Below, one piece after another: positions 30,302 to 38,831 of a stretch of DNA of 64,000 nt (its first letter is position 1; each line of letters opens with the position of its first letter). The stretch comes from Acidimicrobiia bacterium. GTDB taxonomy: Bacteria > Actinomycetota > Acidimicrobiia > Spongiisociales > ZC4RG35. Below the pieces are notes generated by a model that ran no database searches, had not been told where the DNA came from, and saw only the letters and a list, made by a program, of their open reading frames with translations. Location: NCBI GenBank assembly GCA_965204615.1, contig OZ242000.1:1281803-1345802 (forward strand), given 5' to 3'. The translations under genes were made by a program, and so were the position numbers.

Positions 30302-30556
30302 CGCCGACCCATCGGTCCAATGAGAGTGCCGGATAGGTTGATCAAGGATTCGGTTGGCCTATATATCCGGTTTTGTGGACCAAGCCGGGCTCAGACCAAG
30401 CGCTGACCCTTAGGCTCCACCGAACACCGCACCGGCCCGGTTGCTCTACCCGAAGGATCCTTGTTCGACCGCTCCGGGGAGGAGTCCGCAGGTGTTCCCG
30501 TGTCATGGGCACCTCTTCACTGCGTCACGGTTCGTTGCGTCCGGTCTTCTGGGCCG

Positions 30557-31954
30557 TTATGGGTGCTTGGCGATGGTTTCCGCTGCGTGGACGCCACTGG
30601 CCAGTGCGCCGTTTACCGAGGGAACCCGCGTGTAGTCGCCTGCCAGGAAGAGGTTGTTTATGCTTTGGCCGAGTTGGCTGGGGATGTCCGCTACCGCGGT
30701 GAACATCCCGGGAGGTCCCATGCACACAGCCTGTTTCCACCTGTAGACCCGGGAGAAGAGACCCTCGCCGTAGGTGGGGAGCCTGGAACCGGGAGGAGGG
30801 TGCCGATGGGCGTCCTCAAGCACCTGTCGCTCTATCTGTTCATCGTCCAGCGGGATCAGCTCCGCCGCACGGTCCCGCCCGACGAGCAGATCAAGCGTGC
30901 TTTTGCCCCGAGGAGCGGAAAACGGCAGGCTAACGGATCGGTCCAGCAAGAGAGGAGTGTCATCCTCGGGGTACAACGCGCCGGACCAGCCGACCGGGAG
31001 CGGGGGATGGTCAAGGCCAATCACGACCCGGCACCCTGACGAGTAGGTAACGTTGCCGAGTGTCCGCCGAATCTCCTCGGGCAGGTCAGGAATGATCTCC
31101 GGCACCTCTGTGGCAGGGACCGCACAGATAACCGCGTCCGCCTCGATAAAGCCCTCATCAACAATCACCCCGGTCACAACGCCGTCTCGGACAACCACCC
31201 TCCTTACCGGTGTAGAGACGCGTATGGCATCCGAACAAGCATCGGCCAACGCTTCGGACAGGGCGGCAGCGCCCTTCTCCGGCACCCAGATCCGGTCGGC
31301 GTTCACCAGCATCTCCAACAGGTAGGTCCGCATGTACGCCTGAGCGGAGAACTCGACATGGCCCATGGTCATCTCCAAGAAACCCTCAAGGATCACCCTC
31401 ACCGACTCGGGCACTCCCAATGTTCGAAGGTAATCCCCGAAACTCTGGTCACCGTCAAGTTCGGCCAGCCGACTGTCACCGGCAAAACTAAGAAAGTCTC
31501 TTTGGCGTAACATCTCCCTGAACAGCTTCCCCACGGGTCTGATAGCTCTGGGCGACAGCATTCCCAGCCCCCACGCCGCCGGCAGATTCCTCACCAGATT
31601 CCCAACCGATAGCCCAGGTGTGGTAGTAACCCAACGGCCGTTTCTGTACCAGCCGAGCCTCATCACCGAACGGATCAACGGTAACCCCAACTCCTCGCAC
31701 AATCTGAAAGCAACGTCGTAGGAAGAACAGAAAAAATCGGCACCTGTATCCAGGAAGAACCCCTCCACCCGGTCACCGACCATGCGACCGCCCACCCGAC
31801 CCGTCGACTCCAAGAGAACTGCATCCAAACCATGACCCCGGAGGGTGTAGGCCGCGCTCAAACCGGCCGCGCCTCCCCCCACTATCACAACCCGCCCCAC
31901 ATCCTCGCCATCTCCCCGGACCCTCAACGGAAAACGATCACCTACACCAGCCAT
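30557..31954 (-). CDS. FAD-dependent oxidoreductase (amine-oxidase/protoporphyrinogen-oxidase-like fold)
   Basis: VVIVGGGAAGLSAAYTL dinucleotide-binding motif near N-terminus; true start may be the internal GTG ~18 codons downstream. Confidence 0.75.
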   Translation of the reverse strand: MAGVGDRFPLRVRGDGEDVGRVVIVGGGAAGLSAAYTLRGHGLDAVLLESTGRVGGRMVGDRVEGFFLDTGADFFCSSYDVAFRLCEELGLPLIRSVMRLGWYRNGRWVTTTPGLSVGNLVRNLPAAWGLGMLSPRAIRPVGKLFREMLRQRDFLSFAGDSRLAELDGDQSFGDYLRTLGVPESVRVILEGFLEMTMGHVEFSAQAYMRTYLLEMLVNADRIWVPEKGAAALSEALADACSDAIRVSTPVRRVVVRDGVVTGVIVDEGFIEADAVICAVPATEVPEIIPDLPEEIRRTLGNVTYSSGCRVVIGLDHPPLPVGWSGALYPEDDTPLLLDRSVSLPFSAPRGKSTLDLLVGRDRAAELIPLDDEQIERQVLEDAHRHPPPGSRLPTYGEGLFSRVYRWKQAVCMGPPGMFTAVADIPSQLGQSINNLFLAGDYTRVPSVNGALASGVHAAETIAKHP

Positions 31955-33505
31955 CAGAGCACCTCCCCCAAACTCACGGACAACGTGGTCCTCCCCGGAA
32001 CCGATACATCACCGGTCAATCTCAACAGCATCCCCGAGACACCCAACCTCACACCGAACGGGAACTGGCTGACACCGACCGGCCAACAGACACCGCTTCC
32101 CCGATAGCAGCCAAACCGGCCAAGGCCCCTCCCACGAAACGAAAGTCAACCCACAAAACAAACCATGCGTGTTGAACGGGGGGTGTGGCAGTGCCGATGG
32201 GGATGGCTCCAACTGAACCTGCCCCTGCCCCCTGCGGGGTGTGGTGGCTTTGTGTGGTGAGTGCCTCCCCACCTGTTGCCGGCCCGGTGTTGTCGCTTGA
32301 TAGGAGCGTGACCTAGAACCGCTTGTGCGGTGTTGGTTGTTTCTACGCATGGATGCGCCCCACCGAGGCTTCTGCCGCTCCCCAACAAAGCCCCTATTCC
32401 CCATCAACACCCCGCTCGCTGCTCTTCCACAAATCACATTCCGCTTGGCCCATGGTCATCCCACATAAGGACTTGACATCCACCTGAAATCTCCAGATAA
32501 CCACGATCCGGTCTACTCGCCGGAAATTCTTTCACGGGCCTGGCGCCACTCCTCCTCGGTTGGGGGTATGAAACAGAGACCGTCCGGGTCGCAGTCACTG
32601 CCCTCGTCGTCGGCGTCCGGCGGGTCTCCGTCGTCGGAGGTGGATCAACAGGTTCTTGCGGTGGCGGCGGGCCGGGGTCCAGGCTGCCCGCGTTGGGATC
32701 AGCGTCCGGCGGGTCTCCGTCGTCGGGGGGACGATGCACCTGCTGAGAGTATATGTTCCTCTATTGAATACGTATTCATTCAGGCTCTCGGCGTATTACC
32801 AATATATAAAGCCTTTACCCGGTGATCCTCGTGAGGTCTGTCTGTCGTACCCACTGTTCAGGGGGTTTCCGGGTGCACTTCAGTGCAAAACGTGTGGTCG
32901 AGATACTCCAACGTCAAAACTGCCTTCTTTGATCTGAAGTCGGCCATGGCAGCTACGGCATCCGAGGGGGACATGTGATCCTGGCTGAACTGATCCCTTT
33001 GTTGGCTCTTGCTCATCTCCTGTCCCTTCTGGCATCACGCCTTCCTATACCCGTCTCTGCTCCGACATCAGGTAAATGTTGGCTTGCGGGTCTGTGGTTG
33101 TCGGGTTGATGAGCATTTCAGGCGGCGCTCCCGTGGACAGCAGCGGGGAGCTGCGTCCAGGCGTAAGCTACTGCTGGTGGGGCGGTGGCTCTTAGGTCGG
33201 TGACGAGCCTGCAGCCCGCTGGGGGTCGGAGTGACAAGGTGTTTCCTCCGACCCATGGTCGAATCCCGGGCTGGACATCGGTACCCTCTCAGCCTCCGAG
33301 AGCCGATCTCGGCCCTTCTCCATTGCGGCCACGACTTGTGCAGGCGTGGACCTGCCCTGCTGATCCTATATCCGGTACCGGAATGGAAGAGAGTGGCTCT
33401 GAACTGGGATAAGTGGCGCAGATAGAGTGGTGGGAAAGGAGCCCGATTTGGGGATTAATCCCCCGACTTTCGCGAGAAAAGGTAACTCTCGCTTCTACTT
33501 GGTCA

Positions 33506-35140
33506 TCAGGAGGACCGGGCTTGGGCGGCCAGGAGTTTGCGGTTCAGCTTGCCGGTTGAAGTCTTGGGCAGGTTCTCCACGTACTCGACCATGCGGGGGT
33601 ACTTGTAGGCGGCCAGTTGGGTCTTGACCTGGGCCTGGAGTTCCGCGGTCAGATCATCTCCCGGCCGGTGACCATCGGCGAGCACCACCATCGCTTTGAC
33701 CACATGGCCCCTGATCCGATCGGGAGCGGGGATGACCGCTACCTCTGCGACTGCGGCGTGGCGCACCAGGGACTCCTCGACCTCGGCAGGTCCGATGCGA
33801 TAGCCGGCACTGGCGATCATGTCGTCGTCGCGGCCCAGGAAGCGGATGTAGCCGTTGGCGTCCAGGGTGGCCTGGTCGCCGGTCATGATCCAACCGGCGC
33901 GGCGCATGCCCTCGGTTGCCGCCGGGTTGCCCCAGTACTCGAGCATCTGGGTGGGATCGCCGGGGCGCACCGCGATCTCGCCGATCTCGCCCGGGCTGAC
34001 TTCCTCCCCACTCTCGTCGAGCAGGGCCACATCCCGGCCCGGGTAGGGCAGTCCCATCCATCCGGGCCGGCCGGGCCACAACGCCTCGCATCCACCCACC
34101 AGATGGTTCACCTCGGTGAGCCCGTAGAACTCGTTGATGACGGCTCCCAGGTCCCGCTCGCTCCACCGGTGCAACTCGTCGGCCACCGACTCTCCGCCGC
34201 TGGCTATGACCCGGAGATCGAGATCGAACCGGGGACCGGGGTCGGGTACCTGCGCCATAACCTTGAGGGCCGTGGGCGTCAGGAAGGCATGGGTGACGCC
34301 GTTCCGACCGATCACCTCGAAGGCCCGTTCGGCGGAGAAGCGCTCCTCGTCGGCCACCACCGGGCGGCCGAAGACGAGGGCGGGCAGCAGAATGTCGAGG
34401 AGTCCTCCCACCCACGCCCAGTCGGACGGGGTGTAGAACACGGTGGACTCGTCGAACTCCACGTTGAAGAAGAGTTTGAAGGTGAGGAGGTACCCCTCCA
34501 GGATGCGGTGCGCATGGAGAGCCCCCTTGGGATGGCCCGTGCTGCCCGAGGTGTACAACAGCAGAGCCGGATCCTCCGACGACGTGTCGACCGGGTCGAA
34601 GTCTGCCGGGTAGCCGTCGGCTTCGGACAGCGACCGCTCGCCCTCTCCGGGCTGTCCCGAGATCACCACCGTACCCAGAGCCGGCAGATCGTCGCGCACC
34701 GATCGGATCGGATCTGCGTAGGCCTCCCCCACCACGATGACACTGGTCGCCGAGTCGGACAGGATGTGCCGGTAGGAGTCGGGACCGTACAGGATCGACA
34801 TGGGTAGGGCCACGGCGCCGACCGAATAGACCGCCAGATGGAGGGCTGCCAACTCAGCGCCCTGGTGCATCACCAGCGAGACCCGGTCTCCGGGCTGGAC
34901 TCCCAACGAGACCAGGAAGTTGGCGTAACGCTTCGCCAGCCTGATCAGGCGCCAGTAGGACCAGGTGTCCCGGCGCCCATCGGAGTGCTCAACATAGATG
35001 GCGACCCGGCCACGGGCGTCGCTCCAGCGGTCGAAAACCTCCGAGGCCATGTTCATCCGTTCGGGAATGTCCCATTGGAAGTCTCTCACCAGCGCCCGGT
35101 AGCCGCCGAAACCGAGCAGGTCCGAATCTGCAATTCGCAT
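33506..35140 (-). CDS. AMP-dependent synthetase/ligase (acyl-CoA synthetase family)
   Basis: 544 aa; AMP-binding motifs LLYTSGSTGHPKG, YGLTE, TGD…GY, and C-terminal PKTSTGKLNR. Confidence 0.85.
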   Translation of the reverse strand: MRIADSDLLGFGGYRALVRDFQWDIPERMNMASEVFDRWSDARGRVAIYVEHSDGRRDTWSYWRLIRLAKRYANFLVSLGVQPGDRVSLVMHQGAELAALHLAVYSVGAVALPMSILYGPDSYRHILSDSATSVIVVGEAYADPIRSVRDDLPALGTVVISGQPGEGERSLSEADGYPADFDPVDTSSEDPALLLYTSGSTGHPKGALHAHRILEGYLLTFKLFFNVEFDESTVFYTPSDWAWVGGLLDILLPALVFGRPVVADEERFSAERAFEVIGRNGVTHAFLTPTALKVMAQVPDPGPRFDLDLRVIASGGESVADELHRWSERDLGAVINEFYGLTEVNHLVGGCEALWPGRPGWMGLPYPGRDVALLDESGEEVSPGEIGEIAVRPGDPTQMLEYWGNPAATEGMRRAGWIMTGDQATLDANGYIRFLGRDDDMIASAGYRIGPAEVEESLVRHAAVAEVAVIPAPDRIRGHVVKAMVVLADGHRPGDDLTAELQAQVKTQLAAYKYPRMVEYVENLPKTSTGKLNRKLLAAQARSS

Positions 35141-35305
35141 TAGGGCGATTCTAGAGAACCGCCGGATAGCTCCTCACCAGGCCGAAGACGCGAAAACGAT
35201 CACTAAATCGCGAAATCCCGCCAAAGAACTTCGTCCGAAGGGCCCACCCCCGCCGCCACCACCGGTTGTGGGAGCGCGGGTGGGCCGGAGAGGCGTTTCG
35301 GGTCA
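35129..35305. repeat. copy 1 of a ~175-bp duplicated segment (promoter/leader plus first 5 codons of the acyl-CoA synthetase); copy 2 at 38479-38651
   Basis: Direct comparison by eye: the two copies align over ~175 bp with a handful of substitutions and two short indels; both contain TCGCGAAAACGATCACTAA(A/T)TCGCGAA and a GGCCCACCC…GGGTGGGCC hairpin. Confidence 0.8.
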
Positions 35306-35500
35306 CTCTCCCGGGTGGGGTGATATTCGAGATCTTCGCCGGTGCGCTGGCGCCTTTCGGGGTCGGCGCGGTTCAATACCTGATCCTATGCATGTGCTAC
35401 CAGCAGAATCTGAAGACTGTGGCGGCCATCACCGGCCTGGTCCCTCACGACGCCTCCACCATCAGCCGTACGGAAGGTCCGACCCGCATGGCCACGGTTG

Positions 35501-37528
35501 TTAACCGGTGTCCGGGACGACCTTGAACACGTTGTCGGAAATCTCGTCTTCTATGGGAGTGTTGCGTCGAATTATGTCGGCCAGAGCGGTGGTGCGAACT
35601 TCCTGCAGAAGGTCGGGGTTGGCCAGGAAGTACTGGTCATTCTCGAACCAGAAGCGATCTCCCTCGCGTAGGCGTTGGAACTGGTCCAAGATGATCGCGC
35701 GGAGAGTGGGTCCGACGGCCGCTCCAGGAACATGATCTTCCGCCAGTGCCCCCGCCCAGAGGTCCAATCTGTCTATCCTGCCGTACGCCAAAGCCAGGGC
35801 CTGCCCGACCCGCGACCGGGACGACACATCAGCAAGAGAGGCAAGCGGCGCCAGACCGTAAGCGCCGCGTACAGCATTGAAATCACCCAGTCCGTGATCC
35901 CTACTGCGCTGGATGTTCAGGGCAGCCAGATCAAACTGTGGACCGCCCGGTCCCCTCAGCAGCATGTTACGAACTTCGTCTATCACCATTGCATCCACTT
36001 CCTGAGCCTCTTGAGCGGCCAGTCCCCTCAGGAACGCGGAAACACCGCGCTCGGTAACGAAGGAAGGATTGAAGAATGCATCGGCAAGGCTGAGGGCCTC
36101 CGTGTCTCCGCCGCCACTGCGGATCAGGAGGTTGGGAGACAGCATGGTGTGTCCGACTCGAAAGGCCGCGGTTGAGAATTCGTTGGCGATGGTCGGATCA
36201 ACCCCCGGGTCGTATCCCGTATAGGGGTCTATGGCGTGGGGACCCAACAGCAGCGGCAGGAATTCGTTGAAGGTTATGGCTTGGATGTGAGCGCCGACCA
36301 TTTTGCGAGCCCGTTGGTAGATCTCTTCTCCGCTCAGTCCGGGAATCTGTTCGGCGAGGGCATCAGCGACGCGGTTGTGCTCTCGTACGAACAGGGTGTG
36401 CAAAGAGGTGAGCCCGACTTGCTCGTTGACCCGCACATCACCTGCAAGGAACAGATCTTCCCGATCCCTGCCTCCTTCGTTCTCCAGGTTGGCTTCGTTG
36501 TAGAGGAGGAACCGGCCCTGTTGTGATGTCTTCAGTTTTCCGGTGCCGTCGCGGGTACGGAGAGAGTGTGCCCGATGCCAATCCGAGCCGTACACTTGTG
36601 AACCGTCGATGAAGGCCGTGACAGTGTTCATCTGTCTCCTGGGATTGTCCGGACCGGTCCCGGTTGCAGGATCGAATGCAGAACGATCAAAACCGATCGC
36701 GCCCTCACCCGTTCCGTCGGGATCGAAAGCCGGATCCCATTGAGGAACTGCAATGGGCAGGGGCTCGGCGACGTTGGTGGGAGTGAGGCTGATGTCGTGG
36801 TCCAGGAATTGTCCCCACTGCCAGAACATGTCACTGAGCCGGAGGGAATTGGGCACGGGTCGGCTCTGGGCAAACACAGAGTTGCTCACCGCCCGGGGAT
36901 TCGGTCCCGAGGTTGGAGGGGTGGATACGCCGTCCGAATAGGAGGTCGGACCCTTACGCAGTAGACCTGTGCCCGCCATGCCCCAAGTGGGGTTGGATGT
37001 ATTGTTTCCCCGCCCGTCAATCGATCGAGGCTCCCAGGAATCCGGATACTCTTTCAGACTCAATGAGAGGGTCTCACCCGGTTGCCACTCCAAATCCACG
37101 CCAAACCATATGTAGTGTCGCGAATCCACCCTCCCGTCCACGAGATTGAGGACCTGATCGGGGAGGTGGAACCCCAGGCGCCCGAAGTTGTCCGGGAGAC
37201 CGGGTAAGAAGTAAATGCTCAGGTTCTTGGACTCCGGATTCGCCGTTTCCACCAGGACCACACCCGTCACGGTGTAGGACGCACCTTTCCATAGCAACTC
37301 CGTGTTGGAGAGGCCTCCGGCGCGTTGCTCGAGATACCCGATGAAACCTCCGTCGTCTCCCACTGTCAAAGCGGTTTCCCACACCGCATTCTCTTGAGGC
37401 GGTGAGTCACCTCCCGGCTGGGTTGGAGATGTGACTTCGACGGCCTGGCCTACGGACCCATAGAGAATGGACGTTGCCACGAGGCAAATAGCGACCACGA
37501 GCAGTCTCCCGGGCGAGAACCCCCTCAT
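35501..37528 (-). CDS. secreted animal-type heme peroxidase (peroxidase-cyclooxygenase superfamily) with ~170-aa N-terminal accessory domain
   Basis: Distal-His motif FWQWGQFLDHD, proximal-His region LFVREHNR, RSRDHG and RSIDGRGNNTSNPTWG motifs; signal peptide from ATG 37528 (MRGFSPGRLLVVAICLVATSILYG); ATG overlaps upstream stop (ATGA). Confidence 0.8.
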   Translation of the reverse strand: MRGFSPGRLLVVAICLVATSILYGSVGQAVEVTSPTQPGGDSPPQENAVWETALTVGDDGGFIGYLEQRAGGLSNTELLWKGASYTVTGVVLVETANPESKNLSIYFLPGLPDNFGRLGFHLPDQVLNLVDGRVDSRHYIWFGVDLEWQPGETLSLSLKEYPDSWEPRSIDGRGNNTSNPTWGMAGTGLLRKGPTSYSDGVSTPPTSGPNPRAVSNSVFAQSRPVPNSLRLSDMFWQWGQFLDHDISLTPTNVAEPLPIAVPQWDPAFDPDGTGEGAIGFDRSAFDPATGTGPDNPRRQMNTVTAFIDGSQVYGSDWHRAHSLRTRDGTGKLKTSQQGRFLLYNEANLENEGGRDREDLFLAGDVRVNEQVGLTSLHTLFVREHNRVADALAEQIPGLSGEEIYQRARKMVGAHIQAITFNEFLPLLLGPHAIDPYTGYDPGVDPTIANEFSTAAFRVGHTMLSPNLLIRSGGGDTEALSLADAFFNPSFVTERGVSAFLRGLAAQEAQEVDAMVIDEVRNMLLRGPGGPQFDLAALNIQRSRDHGLGDFNAVRGAYGLAPLASLADVSSRSRVGQALALAYGRIDRLDLWAGALAEDHVPGAAVGPTLRAIILDQFQRLREGDRFWFENDQYFLANPDLLQEVRTTALADIIRRNTPIEDEISDNVFKVVPDTG

Positions 37529-37911
37529 TTCGCAGACGAACCCGTACGCATACCAGAGTCGCAGAAAAATGTCTCTTGGCAATACCCGGCACTATCACCT
37601 TCGCAGAGGCCGTCGTAACAGGCCGCCTCGGCGTAGCGCCCCTGGCCGGCGACGCCACCGGTCCCCTCCGGCACACCGGTCAGCGTGACCTCAACCGCCG
37701 CGGCGTCATTCGATCCATGGTTCACCGCCTCGGTGGTGCAGGCGCCCCGGTTTCCGGTCGCCACTACTCGAAAGTCATACCCACCCACCCTTTCATCCTC
37801 CTCAATCCTCACAGCAAGGCTATGGGCCGGCGGTCGATGAAATCGCAGCCGGGCGTGGGCAGTGGGGCTGGAGGCCGCCGACGTTATGACGGTGGCGGCA
37901 ACCAGGAACAC
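37525..37911 (-). CDS. small secreted protein (128 aa) with C-terminal Cys cluster, translationally coupled to the heme peroxidase
   Basis: GTG start; hydrophobic N-terminus (MFLVAATVITSAASSPTAHA); C-terminus ACYDGLCEGDSAGYCQETFFCDSGMRTGSSAK; stop TGA overlaps peroxidase ATG. Confidence 0.45.
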   Translation of the reverse strand: MFLVAATVITSAASSPTAHARLRFHRPPAHSLAVRIEEDERVGGYDFRVVATGNRGACTTEAVNHGSNDAAAVEVTLTGVPEGTGGVAGQGRYAEAACYDGLCEGDSAGYCQETFFCDSGMRTGSSAK

Positions 37912-38478
37912 GAGCGAAACAACCTTGACATGCGCCTGCCGGGTCGTAGTCCCCGCCCAGGGGGGAGGGGGTACCCAACCACCTCAACCCCCCAAAACGA
38001 CTTGCAAGATAGAAACACCCCCCGTCGCCCGCGCCCGATAGGAACGGCCCGAAACCCGAGGGTGAAGAGCGCCCGTTCCAATGTTCTAGTGCGAATAATA
38101 ATCATTCTCAGGACAGCGTAACACAGACTCCATAGAACCAAGAACCTATTAACCCCATCTGTAATAGATCACTCTGCCCATCACCCCGCCAGTCGTAGAA
38201 AAACTGGCTGCCGGCATGGGCAAATCCCCCGGGAAGGTCAAACCCCGACGGTCCCCGCTCCCCTGCCCTACGCAACTCCCCAAAGGTGCAACCCTACCCC
38301 GCACCAACGATCAGAACCCATGCCGGCGGTCCCCAAGTGACCTCGTCCCATACTCCCCGACCTCCAAGAGAAGAAAACAGCGGAGACAGCCCAGACAGCA
38401 AAACTCTCCCCACTCCCACTCAACCGTTGGAGGAATGACAGTTCGGTCGTCGTAAGTAGAAGTCTTCGCAAGGAGACC

Positions 38479-38651
38479 ATCTGCAATTCGCGTTAGGGCG
38501 ACTCTAGAGAACCGCCGAGTAGCTCCCCACCAGGCTGAAGACGCGAAAACGATCACTAATTCGCGAACATCTCGGCAAAGAACTTCGCCCGACGGGCCCA
38601 CCCCCACCGGTTGTGGGAGCGCGGGTGGGCCGGGTGGCCGGAGAGGCGTTC
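38479..38651. repeat. copy 2 of the ~175-bp duplicated regulatory segment; ancestral start codon mutated ATG->ACG
   Basis: See copy 1; lies ~180 nt downstream of the FGE gene and ~570 nt upstream of the small-protein/peroxidase operon on the same strand. Confidence 0.8.
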
Positions 38652-38831
38652 TCCACCGAAGATATGACATCTCGGCCCGGGTGACGTCGGGGCGGGCCGG
38701 GTTGTGTTCGGCTTTTTCAATGTGTATCGGGCCGGTGACAGAATCAACCTGGTATCAAGGGTTTTCTTCGCGGATTGCTCGGACATGGCTCGGCAGGGGG
38801 CGGGACATTCTTGGGGCGCACTTGATTGCTC

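Noticed and set aside
30302-30556. 255-bp convergent intergenic region screened for tRNA or small RNA
   Set aside because: Contains short GC palindromes only. No tRNA-like or terminator structure I could support.
32009-32739. Pro-rich ORFs (142 aa and 101 aa, minus strand) in the ORF-poor island
   Set aside because: Extreme Pro/Arg/Thr bias, no start-site signals, and they overlap each other's frames. Treated as non-coding (see the finding on the island).
33241-33275. GGTCGAATCCCGGG segment resembling a tRNA T-loop (GGTTCGAATCC)
   Set aside because: No complementary T-stem, acceptor stem or anticodon arm can be drawn on either strand, and there is no CCA-proximal acceptor pairing.
38311-38670. 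119-aa minus-strand ORF running through repeat copy 2
   Set aside because: It is the read-through of the duplicated acyl-CoA-synthetase leader, with the ancestral ATG mutated to ACG. Low-complexity product. Considered a by-product of the duplication.
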